DNA of 64,000 nucleotides from an uncultured Acidimicrobiales bacterium (GTDB lineage Bacteria; Actinomycetota; Acidimicrobiia; Acidimicrobiales; SZUA-35): NCBI GenBank assembly GCA_938021675.1, contig CALIFY010000075.1, positions 18,382 to 82,381 of the forward strand, read 5' to 3'. Shown piece by piece: positions 18,922 to 30,536 of this stretch (position 1 is its first letter; each line of letters starts with the position of its first letter). The notes under the pieces were generated by a model. It saw only the letters and a program-made list of their open reading frames with translations, ran no database searches and was not told where the DNA came from. The position numbers and the translations under genes were made by a program.

Positions 18922-21714
18922 TCAGCCCTTCGGCCGCTGGTTCAGGAACTTCGCCCGATTCGGACGTTCGTTCGGTGAATCAAGCGGGAACCGCTTGATC
19001 AGATCGGATGCCTGATCGACCCACCTGTCACGTTCAATGCGGCCGGGGAACGAGTTGATGGCTTCGGTTACTTTGGCCACATCCTCGGTTGTGAAGGCGG
19101 CCAGCTGCTCCCAGGTCTGAATCCCGAAGCTCTTTAACGTGCGCTCCATAACCGGACCAATGCCGTTTACCACCTTGAGGTCATCTTGATGATCTGCACC
19201 AGCGGTACCGAGCTTTGTCGTCCCCTTCTTCCACGAACCAGATCCAGTCGATGCCTTCTTCGACTTCTGATTCTCTTTCTTCTTGGCCGCCGGCTTCGCC
19301 GACCCCTTCTCTAGCAGTGCCAGGCGTTTCTCCAACGAAGCGATGGTCTTGTCGCGTTTCGGCACCAGAACAGCTTCCTTCTCGGCCCTTTCCAGGCGCT
19401 TGCGAAGGTCGTTTGCGGAGTTGTCTGCTTTCTCTGCCTTGTCTTTCGAGCGAGACTCGTTCTTCTCCGCGGCCTCGACGCGAGCGGTTAGCGTGCGAAC
19501 TTGCTTGTCGCTCTCGGCAAGTTTTTCGACCGCGCCCTGCATGCGGCGGAGACCCTTTTGGCTTTTTTCCAACTCGGCCTTCACTCGACGAAGCTCAGAG
19601 CGATCGGCCTTGGCCGCAACAATTTCGCCTTCTAGCTGTGAGGCACGGGCTTCGGCTTTGTCTTTGGCTGCGGCCGCGGCGCGGGCGTTTTTGAGTTCGA
19701 CTTCCAGTCGCGCCGCTTTGTCTGCCTCGGCTCGCAGCTTGCGAATCTCGATCCGGAGCGAACTAGCGACCTTGGCTTCCTCCGATGCGGTCTTCAGCTC
19801 AGACTCAAGCCCGGCAACCCGATCAGCCTGCGCTGACGTTGTCTTCAACTTCGCCTCGAGCCCCTCAACCCGACCAGCAACAGCCCGGAACTTGGCCATC
19901 TCGGCCCCAAGCCTGGGCACCTTGGCCGCCTCGGCCTTCACCGAATTCAATTCAGATTCCAAGCCCTCGACCCGACCAGCCCTGGCCGACGCAGTCTTCA
20001 ACTCGGACTCAAGCCCCTCAACCCGACCAGCCCTAGCCCGCAACTTGGCCAACTCAGCCTCAAGCCCAGACACCTTCGCCGCCTCGGCCTTCACCGAATT
20101 CAACTCAGACTCAAGCCCCTCAACCCGACCAGCCCTAGCCCGCAACTTGGCCAACTCAGCCTCAAGCCCAGACACCTTCGCCGCCTCGGCCGATGCAGTC
20201 TTCAACTCAGACTCAAGCCCCTCAACCCGACCAGCCCGCGGCTGAAGATCAGCCACAAGAGACTTCGAGCGTTTCAACTCAGACTCCAAGCCCTCGACCC
20301 GACCAGCGGTGGCCCGAACCTCGGTCAACTCACGATCCAACGCAGACGCTCGATCAGCACGGGGCCGAAGATCGACCACCTGAGCCTTCGCACCCTTGAG
20401 CTCGGTCTCCAAACCTTCAACCCGATTGGCCGTAGCCCGCACCGTCTTCAACTCGGACTCAAGCCCCTCAACCCGACCAGCCCTAGCCCGCAACTTGGCC
20501 AACTCAGCCTCAAGCCCAGACACCTTCGCCGCCTCGGCCTTCACCGAATTCAACTCGGACTCAAGCCCCTCAACCCGACCAGCGGTGGCCTGCTCGGCCT
20601 CCAACTTGCCTCGGAGCAGTGTCAGTTCGTTGCCAAACTTTTCGTTCTCGGCCTCGGCATTCCGCAGTTCGGTTTGCAACGACGACACCTTGGCCGCTTC
20701 GCCCTGCAGGGTCTGCAGTTCGGTCTTGAGCCGAGATGCCGTCTCGGCATCGGCCTTCGTCTTGGTCAGGTCCGAACGAAGGGTCTGTATGGTCTCATCC
20801 CGTTCAGCGACTTGGCTCCGGAACGACTCGCTCTTGTCTTGGGCTGCTTTGAGCTCAGCCTTCCGATCAGTGTCGACCTTGGTAAAGCTTGACGCCTGCT
20901 CTTTGGCACCAGCTAGCTCATTTTCCAGCTTGGCAGCGCGTTCGGCTTTCAGACGAAGTGGGGTTAGTTCGGCCTCCAGGTCCTTTGAGCGGCTCGCCGC
21001 CGTCTTGGCTTGGGTCAGTTCGGCCCGAACGGATGCCAACTCGGCTTCCAGATCGCCGACGCGGCCGGCGTCGGCTCGAAGGGAGGTCACTTCCGTTTCC
21101 AATTCCGCGACCCGACCAGCCTCGGACCGGGCGGCGACCAGGTCGGCTTCCAACACCGATACCCGACCGGCTTCTGAGCGGAGGTCCACCAGGTCGGCTT
21201 CAAGCCCACCAACCCGGTCGGCCTTGGCCTGGACCTCGGTCAGCCGCGTGGCCAACTCGTCAGCCTTCGCCGCTTCGTCTCGCAAGTCGACGATCTCGGA
21301 TTCGAGTTCCGGAACCCGTTCGGCCTTCAACGCCAGTTGGGTTACCCGAGTCTCCAACCGGTCGACCTCATCGGCCTTGTTTCGGAGATCGACGATCTCG
21401 GATTCGAGTCCTGGCACCAGTTCGGCCCGACTCCTCAGCTCCTTAACCTTGGCTTCCAAACCCGGAACTTTCGATGACTCCGACCGAGCTGTGTCGAGTT
21501 CGACCTGCAGATCATCAGCCCGAGTGTCGGCCGTGCTGAGCGAGCTGGCTTTGAGCCGAAGCCGGTCGGTCTCCGCTTCGGCTGTCAACCGCCGCTTCTC
21601 GTATTCGGCTATCGCAGCCCGTCGTCGCCACCACCACCAGGCGGTCGCCAACAACAGGCCCAGCAGGAAGCAAAGGAGCAGGGGCAACAAAATCGTTCCA
21701 AACAACCAACCCAT
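18922..21714 (-). CDS. Membrane-anchored giant coiled-coil protein with C-terminal helix-hairpin-helix-like domain
   Basis: 930 aa. N-terminal TM helix (LFGTILLPLLLCFLLGLLLATAWWWW) followed by RRR. About 800 aa of 17-residue-periodic coiled coil (AGRVEGLESELxxxxxE repeated many times). Lys-rich linker. C-terminal LKVVNGIGPVMERTLKSFGIQTWEQLA (GIGP-type HhH motif). Confidence 0.7.
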   Translation of the reverse strand: MGWLFGTILLPLLLCFLLGLLLATAWWWWRRRAAIAEYEKRRLTAEAETDRLRLKASSLSTADTRADDLQVELDTARSESSKVPGLEAKVKELRSRAELVPGLESEIVDLRNKADEVDRLETRVTQLALKAERVPELESEIVDLRDEAAKADELATRLTEVQAKADRVGGLEADLVDLRSEAGRVSVLEADLVAARSEAGRVAELETEVTSLRADAGRVGDLEAELASVRAELTQAKTAASRSKDLEAELTPLRLKAERAAKLENELAGAKEQASSFTKVDTDRKAELKAAQDKSESFRSQVAERDETIQTLRSDLTKTKADAETASRLKTELQTLQGEAAKVSSLQTELRNAEAENEKFGNELTLLRGKLEAEQATAGRVEGLESELNSVKAEAAKVSGLEAELAKLRARAGRVEGLESELKTVRATANRVEGLETELKGAKAQVVDLRPRADRASALDRELTEVRATAGRVEGLESELKRSKSLVADLQPRAGRVEGLESELKTASAEAAKVSGLEAELAKLRARAGRVEGLESELNSVKAEAAKVSGLEAELAKLRARAGRVEGLESELKTASARAGRVEGLESELNSVKAEAAKVPRLGAEMAKFRAVAGRVEGLEAKLKTTSAQADRVAGLESELKTASEEAKVASSLRIEIRKLRAEADKAARLEVELKNARAAAAAKDKAEARASQLEGEIVAAKADRSELRRVKAELEKSQKGLRRMQGAVEKLAESDKQVRTLTARVEAAEKNESRSKDKAEKADNSANDLRKRLERAEKEAVLVPKRDKTIASLEKRLALLEKGSAKPAAKKKENQKSKKASTGSGSWKKGTTKLGTAGADHQDDLKVVNGIGPVMERTLKSFGIQTWEQLAAFTTEDVAKVTEAINSFPGRIERDRWVDQASDLIKRFPLDSPNERPNRAKFLNQRPKG
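19790..20620. repeat. Near-identical coding tandem repeats (51/102-nt period) inside the coiled-coil gene
   Basis: The 51-mer cgcaacttggccaactcagcctcaagcccagacaccttcgccgcctcggcc occurs at about 20039, 20141 and 20489. The protein motif AGRVEGLESEL recurs about 9 times. Confidence 0.85.
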
Positions 21715-21759
21715 ATCAGGCTTCCTTTCTTACTGAGAACTTTGAGGACCTGTTCGCGT

Positions 21760-22797
21760 TCATGAGGTCACCAACTCCCATTCGATCCGACGATTTCGCT
21801 GCTTGTCGTCCTGCGATGACTCGGGTTCGACCAGGAGCTCGTCCTCGCCTCGCCCTTCCGGCAAGAGCCGGTCACCAGACACTCCACCGGTGTCCACCAG
21901 GTACGTTTGCACGGCTTCAGCCCGAGCAGCGCTTAACTGCAGATTGGCGGCAGAAGAGCCATCGCTATCGGTATGGCCGATGATCCGCAGCTGCCCGACG
22001 TCCGGGTTGGCGTTGATCAACTCGGCGGCGGCGTCGAGGGTGGCGACAGAAGCGGGACGGATCGTGGCTCGGTTCGAGTCGAACTCGATCGGTTCGAGCT
22101 CGAACAGGTCGTTCAGACTGGCCTCGATCGATCGAACGGTCGATTCGTCGACTACTTCGAAGCCAACCACACCGGCCGCCGCGGTCGCACCGACCAGCCA
22201 GCCGGCCTGTTGCTCGTCTGATGCAGCCTCACCGGTCACGGTGACCACGCCCCCGTCAGCCGCCACGGCGTCGCCGTCGACCTCCAGTTCATTGGTCACG
22301 TTTTCGGCACCAAACTCGGACTCGGCCGCCGACACAACCGCATCCCGCGTGGCATCATCGGCCACGGTCCCGGTTAGCAGAACTGCGTCCCCCGACACCG
22401 AGGCCGTCAAAGCGGCCGCAGCCAGATCGACGGGCGGCGACGCGACCTCTTCTACTTCCACCGGCTCGTCGTCGGCTGCTTCGACCGCCGGTAGAGCAGC
22501 TCCGACCGGACGGTAAACAACCGAATCGACCTCATCAAGACCTTCCACTACGGCGACCGCTGCGACCTCATCGCCGGGAGGACCTTCGAGCACAACGTTC
22601 AATCCGTTGGCCCCGATGCCGTCCACACCACTGACCTCGACAAAGTCCACCGACGACAGACCATCGCCCTGCAACGCGCCGACCGCTGCGTCCTCGGACT
22701 TGCCTGCAATCCAGGGCGTCAGTAGCGCCGCCTTTAGCAACAATCCGACCACTGCGAGTACTGGAATCCACCACCACGTCTTCATTTGATCTACCAC
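21760..22797 (-). CDS. OmpA/MotB C-terminal domain (peptidoglycan-binding) membrane protein
   Basis: 345 aa. N-terminal TM helix (WWWIPVLAVVGLLLKAALL). C-terminal NRATIRP...IIGHTDSDGSSAANLQLSAARAEAV..YL...NRRIEWEL OmpA-like motif. Confidence 0.8.
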   Translation of the reverse strand: MVDQMKTWWWIPVLAVVGLLLKAALLTPWIAGKSEDAAVGALQGDGLSSVDFVEVSGVDGIGANGLNVVLEGPPGDEVAAVAVVEGLDEVDSVVYRPVGAALPAVEAADDEPVEVEEVASPPVDLAAAALTASVSGDAVLLTGTVADDATRDAVVSAAESEFGAENVTNELEVDGDAVAADGGVVTVTGEAASDEQQAGWLVGATAAAGVVGFEVVDESTVRSIEASLNDLFELEPIEFDSNRATIRPASVATLDAAAELINANPDVGQLRIIGHTDSDGSSAANLQLSAARAEAVQTYLVDTGGVSGDRLLPEGRGEDELLVEPESSQDDKQRNRRIEWELVTS

Positions 22798-23018
22798 GCC
22801 TCCTCGGCATCACACTCATCTTGCTGACGAATGACGGTGTCGAATTGTCGCGACGCATCTACGAGAACATCGACGCACGGAGCGCCGGTGGTCTGGATCG
22901 CCACACCGATCGCACCATGCGGCACCCTTTGGTTTCCGCCGTCGTAGCCTCGATCGGGCATCGCCCTGCCCTGTACGACCATGATTCTAGCCGCAACCCC
23001 AAGCACCGGGAAACCGGA

Positions 23019-24887
23019 TCAGAGCGAGACGATTCGGATGTAGTCAACCTCGAAGGTGGCGCCACTCGATCCAACCGCACCAGAAGACAACGGACCAGGC
23101 CGACCACCGAGCGCCATATTGATCTTGATCTCATCGATCGACTGATCGAACGGAGCCGGAAACCCTTGCAACGTATCGGCGGCCGACACGCTGAATACGG
23201 TCCGACCGTCGAGGTGCCACACCAGCCTTCCGTTGCGCCCGTAGTCGAATCTGACCGTATGCCACGAATCACTAAAGCGGGACGATCCCAGCGATGCCGC
23301 ACGGTTTTGCAGTTCGTGTCCACCGCCGCTGTCGGCGTAGTGCATGCTGAACATGGCCCGGTTCGCATCCTCGGCAGTCATGACCTCAAGCCAGTCGAGT
23401 TCTCCACCTGCCGGCCACCCGCCGGCCCAACCAGACGCCCAGATCGCTGGCCAAAGGCCGCCCTGGTCGTTGGGGTCAGCGGGGGTCAGCTTGACCCGAA
23501 ACTCGATGGCTTGACCAGGCGAGAAGGTGACTCCCTGGCTCCGGATCATGCCCGACGTCACCTGCCTGGTCGAACCGTTCGGGCACGTGTAGGTTTCGGT
23601 CACCGCTCGTACCACGAGCTTGCCGTCCCGAACCGAGACATTCTCGGGTCTGTAACATTGCAGTTCGTTGTTCCCGTCGCCGTAGGTGGAGTGCTCTAGG
23701 CGCCATGTCGAGGCATCAAAGCGGTCAAAGTTGTCTTCCCAGATCACCCGACCGCTCGATCCAACACTCGTCGTGGCCGGAGCCGCCGTCGTCGTCGAAA
23801 CCGAACCAACCGTCGGGGCCGGAGCCGCCGTGGTCGAAACAGGGTCGACGCTCGGAGCCGGGCTTGCCGTTGTGGTCGGAGCGGCGGTTGTGGCCGGAGC
23901 GGCGGTGGTGCTCGGATCAGGTCCAACACGTGGCGCGGGACCAACCGGACCCGGGCCGACAACCAAAGTCGTGCCAACCGTTGTCGACCCCGCTCCCGTC
24001 GGTGACGGCAACACCTCAGAAACCGTCGTTCCAGCTACGCTCGACACCGCTTCTGAGCCCGAGGAAGTCACCGGTTCAGTAGCCACTTGAACGACTGGCC
24101 GAGAGGTCACGAGTGCACCCGTTGCCTCACTACCCACCGTGGTCGGGCCGCTGATCGCCTCGGGAGGTTCTGGTTTCAAAGAAACCGTCTGACTATCGCT
24201 AGCCGGCGTCGTAGGAAACGGCGCGGTCTCATCGGATACACCGGTGGTCGACACCGAGGGGACACTAGGAAGGTCCTTGGGAGTCTGATCTTCGGGCCGA
24301 TCGGTCGAAAGATCTGTCGGCTCCGCTGAATCCCTTCGCTCACCACCGGAACCAGGCGAAGCGGGCACGGACGGGTCCCGAACGAATGGCTCACGTAAAA
24401 CCGAATCGTCAGTCGATCCGTTGAGGACGTCATTTGTCTGAGCACGTTCAGTGTCTAGGGAGACCTCGCCCGACCCATCGTCGACCGTCATCACCGCCAC
24501 CGCGACAAGCACGGCCGCCAATCCCACCACGACGCCAGCAATCTGGACCCGACGATCCTGGGCTCCTCCCCGCCTGCTCGATGAGCCCGGTGGCACCAGT
24601 GGCCGCGGCGCAGCCAAAGCTGGCGCTGTCTCCAGGATGGAACGGGCCGCCGGCGGTGACTGGTCAACGGCTGATTGGCGCGCCGAAAGATGCTGGTTGG
24701 GCGGCCGAACCGACGGACGTTCGGCCATCTCACCGGCGTCGTCACTTAGGGCTCTTGGGGTGACAAGCACGCGAGACGAGCGCACGCTAACACCGTCGAT
24801 TGCAGACTCTTGGACCACGATCCTCCCGAAGACATACGCCCGTCTCACCGGCCGATTGGCCGATGGTGGGTATTGCGGATGTCGCAC
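23019..24887 (-). CDS. Membrane-anchored glycoside hydrolase family 16 (beta-glucanase/laminarinase-like)
   Basis: The C-terminal domain has GGELDWLEV (GH16 ExDxxE catalytic motif), GGLWPAIW and NELQCY. It is preceded by a TM helix (IAGVVVGLAAVLVAVAV) and a long Ser/Thr/Pro/Ala linker. Start codon is uncertain. Confidence 0.75.
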   Translation of the reverse strand: MRHPQYPPSANRPVRRAYVFGRIVVQESAIDGVSVRSSRVLVTPRALSDDAGEMAERPSVRPPNQHLSARQSAVDQSPPAARSILETAPALAAPRPLVPPGSSSRRGGAQDRRVQIAGVVVGLAAVLVAVAVMTVDDGSGEVSLDTERAQTNDVLNGSTDDSVLREPFVRDPSVPASPGSGGERRDSAEPTDLSTDRPEDQTPKDLPSVPSVSTTGVSDETAPFPTTPASDSQTVSLKPEPPEAISGPTTVGSEATGALVTSRPVVQVATEPVTSSGSEAVSSVAGTTVSEVLPSPTGAGSTTVGTTLVVGPGPVGPAPRVGPDPSTTAAPATTAAPTTTASPAPSVDPVSTTAAPAPTVGSVSTTTAAPATTSVGSSGRVIWEDNFDRFDASTWRLEHSTYGDGNNELQCYRPENVSVRDGKLVVRAVTETYTCPNGSTRQVTSGMIRSQGVTFSPGQAIEFRVKLTPADPNDQGGLWPAIWASGWAGGWPAGGELDWLEVMTAEDANRAMFSMHYADSGGGHELQNRAASLGSSRFSDSWHTVRFDYGRNGRLVWHLDGRTVFSVSAADTLQGFPAPFDQSIDEIKINMALGGRPGPLSSGAVGSSGATFEVDYIRIVSL

Positions 24888-24938
24888 GGTGGTCTGCGAG
24901 CGAAGGTCAGCCTAGAGCGACTGATACAAATCTGCAAC

Positions 24939-24977
24939 AAAAAACCCCGCTCCGGCAGCTGCCAGAAGCGGGGTTTT
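24939..24977 (-). terminator. Rho-independent terminator downstream of the BI-1 gene
   Basis: On the minus strand: aaaaccccgcttctggcagctgccggagcggggtttttt, a GC-rich stem followed by a T6 run, 24 nt after the stop at 25001. Confidence 0.75.
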
Positions 24978-25000
24978 CAGAATGACGTGTCGAATTTGTG

Positions 25001-25708
25001 TCAGCGGCGGCTGAACAGCTGCAGCACGTACCAGAACATGGTCATGACCGAAGAGAACAGACCGACGGCGGCACCGACATACGCCCACTCCGGGTACTGC
25101 CGCACGATGTTCTGCGTCTGGTAGAGAATCGACGCCCCGGTGAGACCAATCATGGCCAGTGAAAAGAGCGGGCCGAGGGTAAACCCGAACAGCACACCGA
25201 CGACGATCAAACCGAGTGCGACGATGAACCCCCACATGATGATCGGCCGCAAGAACGACAGATCGCGGCGGGTCGTCATGGCAACAGCCGTCAGCGCGGC
25301 GAAACCAACCGCGGTGATAAGAGCCGCCGACACAACGTTGGAACTGCCGTTCTCAGAGCGGAAGACGAAATACAGCATCGGAGCGAACAACAGCGAATAG
25401 ATGGCGGACATGGCGAACAGTGCGCCATATTGCGCCGATGTGTTGTCGATCTTGTGAGCTGAGCGCGTGGCGATGTTGCTGCCGACCATGAAACCGCCGA
25501 GAATCAGCAGCCAGGCCACGCCTCCGGTTCCCGCCAAGAACAGACCGATCGACTCCGCAATGCCGCTCCGATAGAGGATCGTTTCGAAGCCGATGAAGGC
25601 GAGGATGGCCAGCCCGAGGTGCTGATACACGCGGACCAGAAACTGGGATCGTGTTGCCTCATCGGCGTGGATCACCGGGGTCATGGTCGGTGGAGACGAA
25701 TAGGCCAT
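25001..25708 (-). CDS. Bax inhibitor-1/YccA family membrane protein
   Basis: 235 aa, about 7 hydrophobic helices, N-terminal FLVRVYQHLGLAILAF, typical BI-1/UPF0005 layout. Confidence 0.8.
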   Translation of the reverse strand: MAYSSPPTMTPVIHADEATRSQFLVRVYQHLGLAILAFIGFETILYRSGIAESIGLFLAGTGGVAWLLILGGFMVGSNIATRSAHKIDNTSAQYGALFAMSAIYSLLFAPMLYFVFRSENGSSNVVSAALITAVGFAALTAVAMTTRRDLSFLRPIIMWGFIVALGLIVVGVLFGFTLGPLFSLAMIGLTGASILYQTQNIVRQYPEWAYVGAAVGLFSSVMTMFWYVLQLFSRR

Positions 25709-25804
25709 GGGGTTGCAACCTCCTAGAGGTGGGTATCGCTACTCCCAATCATTCCGCAGAATCGGAGCGATGGGAACATCACTACGCTAAAACGTCACCA
25801 AATC

Positions 25805-26392
25805 GTGGGGTATTCCCAGACGTTCTCGGATCCGAAGATCAGAGCTACCCTATGCCGAGTGGCCGACGACACCGAGATCGACGAAGCGATCGGATCGAAT
25901 AGCACGTTGCAACCAGTGCTGGCCAGCAACGCCCACCAATTGGCGGCGACCAAACTCGCGGCGACGTCCCAGCGCTACACCAGCAATCGGAGGACCGTGG
26001 TGGACGCGCTTCTCGCTTGTCATGGCCCCACCACGATCGCCGAAATCCTGGCCGCCGACAACGAGCTGGCCCAAAGTTCGACGTACCGGAACCTGGTCGT
26101 TCTCGAAGAGGCAGGGGTCGTCCACCGCATCGTCACGTCGGATGACCATGCTCGCTTCGAACTAACCGAGGCCATCACCGGGCATCACCATCACCACCTC
26201 ATCTGCGAACACTGCGGGCGCATAACCGACGTAACGCTCGACCCGGCCGTCGAATCAGCGTTAGAAACAGCGCTTCGTCAGGCGGCGAAAACGCACGGTT
26301 TCGTCGGCCAACACCATCGTGTCGACTTGGTCGGAACTTGCCGGCTCTGCCCGGACGACCCAGGCGCCAGCCAACAACGCCCCCTTATGTAA
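25805..26392 (+). CDS. Fur family transcriptional regulator
   Basis: Winged-helix region (RYTSNRRTVVDALL...TIAEIL...STYRNLVVLEEAGVV) and metal sites HHHHLICEHCG ... CRLCPD. The N-terminal extension suggests the true start may be downstream. Confidence 0.8.
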   Translation: MGYSQTFSDPKIRATLCRVADDTEIDEAIGSNSTLQPVLASNAHQLAATKLAATSQRYTSNRRTVVDALLACHGPTTIAEILAADNELAQSSTYRNLVVLEEAGVVHRIVTSDDHARFELTEAITGHHHHHLICEHCGRITDVTLDPAVESALETALRQAAKTHGFVGQHHRVDLVGTCRLCPDDPGASQQRPLM

Positions 26393-26743
26393 TTCGGCGT
26401 AGCTGTTCAGGACCATCCCTCTCCGTTCGTTCGCCCCCAATTCCACTGTGCGAAACACCGGTTCAGGCTCAAGGCCGCGCCGCAGGTTCACCGGCGGCAC
26501 ATCGGCGGTGCCGGAACGTTAAGAGAACTCTAAGAATATGTATCAAGAACAAGGTCGAGCTGAACGCATACCAAATGCTTGCCGCAGTACGATGTCAGAT
26601 TGTTCTTCGATGTACCGGTCGAGAGCGCGCTCGGTCCCGTCCACATGTGCAGTGGCCAGCACTAGTAACCACCTGTCAGATTCGCGCAGCGGAAACCGCG
26701 GAGCGCACCTCTCAAATTGGGCAAGACCCGAGGAAAGATCACA

Positions 26744-27913
26744 ATGCGTGAAGTCCGTAGAGCCATATCAACTCGCAACACCGCCGCCATTTGCGGGCTG
26801 CTTTTCGGCCGGTTCGGACGGAAAATATTGCTCTTGGGTGTGCCCGTCGCGTTGGTCGCCGCAGCCTGCGGAGGCGGCGAAGATAAAGCCGACGCCGCAG
26901 ACGAGGTGGCCTCCCCGATCGCTGAGTTCCTGGGAGAAGAGAGCTTCTTTGGTGGTGACCCGGAACAAATGGCGGCACGGTTTGCCGACCAAGAACGAAC
27001 AAGACAGGAAACAATTGCCGCATGCATGACCGAAAAAGGGTTTGAGTACGTCGCGTATGTCCCAGAACAGGCGTTTGACTTCACAACCACCGGAGACGGT
27101 CTCGAATACGATTCCCGGGAATACGCCGAACGATACGGATTCGGTATCACAACCCAGCGATACTCCCAAGAAGAAGTCGGGCCTGACCTCGTCGGCCACG
27201 ACTTCTCGCAGTTCGAAGAGAACGTCGACGAAGACCCGAACTCGGCCATCCGCGAAGCCATGGACGAAGCGACGCTTTCAGCCTACGACGAGGCGCTCTA
27301 TGGCGACCCGGACGACTTCCCCACCTTCGACCCGGAAACGATGACCGACGAAGAACTCGAAGCAGCCGAGGCGGAAGCCACTTCCTTCACGCCAAGCGGC
27401 TGCGAGGGCGAGGCATTCGCCCAGGACACCATGAATGCCTTCTACAACGAGTTCGGGGAGGAAATGGAGGAATTGTACGAATCGGTACTGGATGACCCTC
27501 GAGTCAAAGAACGCCTCGCCGAGGTCTCGGAATGCATGAGCGGCGAGGGTCACGACATCCCGGCCGATGGCGAGATTTGGGAAGTAATGAACGAACGCTT
27601 CGAACCGGTGATGCAAGAGATCGAAGCGTCCATCGGCGGCAACCCAGCCGAAGACATGGCGGAGGAAGACCTCGCGTCGATGTCTGAAGAGGAACTTACC
27701 GAAATGTTCAACCAGCCTCGCGAGTTCCCGGCCGAAGCAAAAACCAAACTGGGCGAGGTCCAGGCCGAGGAAACTGCGATTGCTGTTGCCCACTGGGATT
27801 GCGGAGGCAACGCCGGCAGCCAGGAAATCATCCTTGAGGTCGTTGCAGAGTACGAACAGCGATTCCTTGACGACAACGCCGAAGATGTCGCCGAGTTCAA
27901 AGCCGACGCATAG
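26744..27913 (+). CDS. Highly acidic hypothetical lipoprotein
   Basis: Signal plus lipobox LLLGVPVALVAAACGGG. The mature part is very rich in Asp/Glu with four Cys. No family recognised. The listed ORF begins at 26717. Confidence 0.55.
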   Translation: MREVRRAISTRNTAAICGLLFGRFGRKILLLGVPVALVAAACGGGEDKADAADEVASPIAEFLGEESFFGGDPEQMAARFADQERTRQETIAACMTEKGFEYVAYVPEQAFDFTTTGDGLEYDSREYAERYGFGITTQRYSQEEVGPDLVGHDFSQFEENVDEDPNSAIREAMDEATLSAYDEALYGDPDDFPTFDPETMTDEELEAAEAEATSFTPSGCEGEAFAQDTMNAFYNEFGEEMEELYESVLDDPRVKERLAEVSECMSGEGHDIPADGEIWEVMNERFEPVMQEIEASIGGNPAEDMAEEDLASMSEEELTEMFNQPREFPAEAKTKLGEVQAEETAIAVAHWDCGGNAGSQEIILEVVAEYEQRFLDDNAEDVAEFKADA

Positions 27914-28081
27914 CTCCCATTTACTAGCGCCCATTTACCATTTATAGGTACAGCTGTGGACCAGGCAGATCAGGTTGGCAGAAATCGATCCCGGACCCGC
28001 TGGACTTGACACCCTTCAATCAACATTCGAGATGTACAGAGGAGACGGCGGCATGACAGGTGGGGACTGGGGTATCGGGGG

Positions 28082-29824
<1,743 letters not shown>

Positions 29825-29852
29825 TCGGGCGACGAATCCCGACGGCGGGCCG

Positions 29853-30536
29853 ATGACCGCCGTCGTCGAACTCCAACAGGTCAGTCGAACGTTCCCTGGC
29901 ACCCCTCCAGTCGAAGCGCTCAAGCCAACTGATCTCACCATCAACAAGGGTGAATACCTAGCCATCGTCGGCCCGTCCGGTTCCGGAAAGTCGACGATGC
30001 TGCACTTACTCGGCCTTCTCGACACCCCAACAAAAGGCACCTACTTCCTGGATGGGACCGATACCGGAGCATTGTCCGAGCGAGAGCGGGCGGGAATGCG
30101 GTCGGCACGGATCGGATTCGTATTCCAGGCGTTCCACCTACTCAGCCACCGCACGACGGTAGAGAATGTGATGCTGGCCGAGGTCTACCGCCCAGACTCA
30201 TCAACGGGAAGACGGGAACGGGCCATCGCCGCGCTGGAAATGGTCGGACTAGCACATCGCCTAGACGCGTCTCCGACAACCCTGTCTGGCGGGGAACGGC
30301 AACGGGTGGCGGTGGCCAGAGCCCTCGTCAGTAAGCCAAGCCTTCTCTTGGCCGACGAACCGACGGGGAATCTCGACACGACGACCGGCAACCAGATCAT
30401 GGCCCTCTTTGAAGAGCTGCACGGCGCTGGCCTGACCTTGGCGGTCATCACCCACGACGACGAGGTGTCGTCTCGGGCCCAACGGCAAGTACGGATCCGC
30501 GATGGTGTCGTGGACCCCGTGGTGGCGGCGTCATGA
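29853..30536 (+). CDS. ABC transporter ATP-binding protein (MacB/LolD-like)
   Basis: MTAVVELQQVSRTF, Walker A GPSGSGKST, signature LSGGERQRVAVARAL, Walker B LLLADEPTGNLD. ATG at 29853 is preferred over the listed 29730 start, which overlaps the upstream gene. Confidence 0.9.
   Translation: MTAVVELQQVSRTFPGTPPVEALKPTDLTINKGEYLAIVGPSGSGKSTMLHLLGLLDTPTKGTYFLDGTDTGALSERERAGMRSARIGFVFQAFHLLSHRTTVENVMLAEVYRPDSSTGRRERAIAALEMVGLAHRLDASPTTLSGGERQRVAVARALVSKPSLLLADEPTGNLDTTTGNQIMALFEELHGAGLTLAVITHDDEVSSRAQRQVRIRDGVVDPVVAAS

Noticed and set aside
19790-20620. Possible CRISPR array because of regularly spaced near-identical repeats
   Set aside because: The repeats are contiguous with no unique spacers. 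Their period is 51/102 nt, in frame with a coiled-coil ORF. No cas genes are in the window.
19283-21736. Two long plus-strand ORFs (320 aa and 446 aa), Ser/Ala/Arg-rich
   Set aside because: They are antisense to the 930-aa coiled-coil gene. Their repetitiveness simply mirrors the coding repeats. They have no start context or motif.
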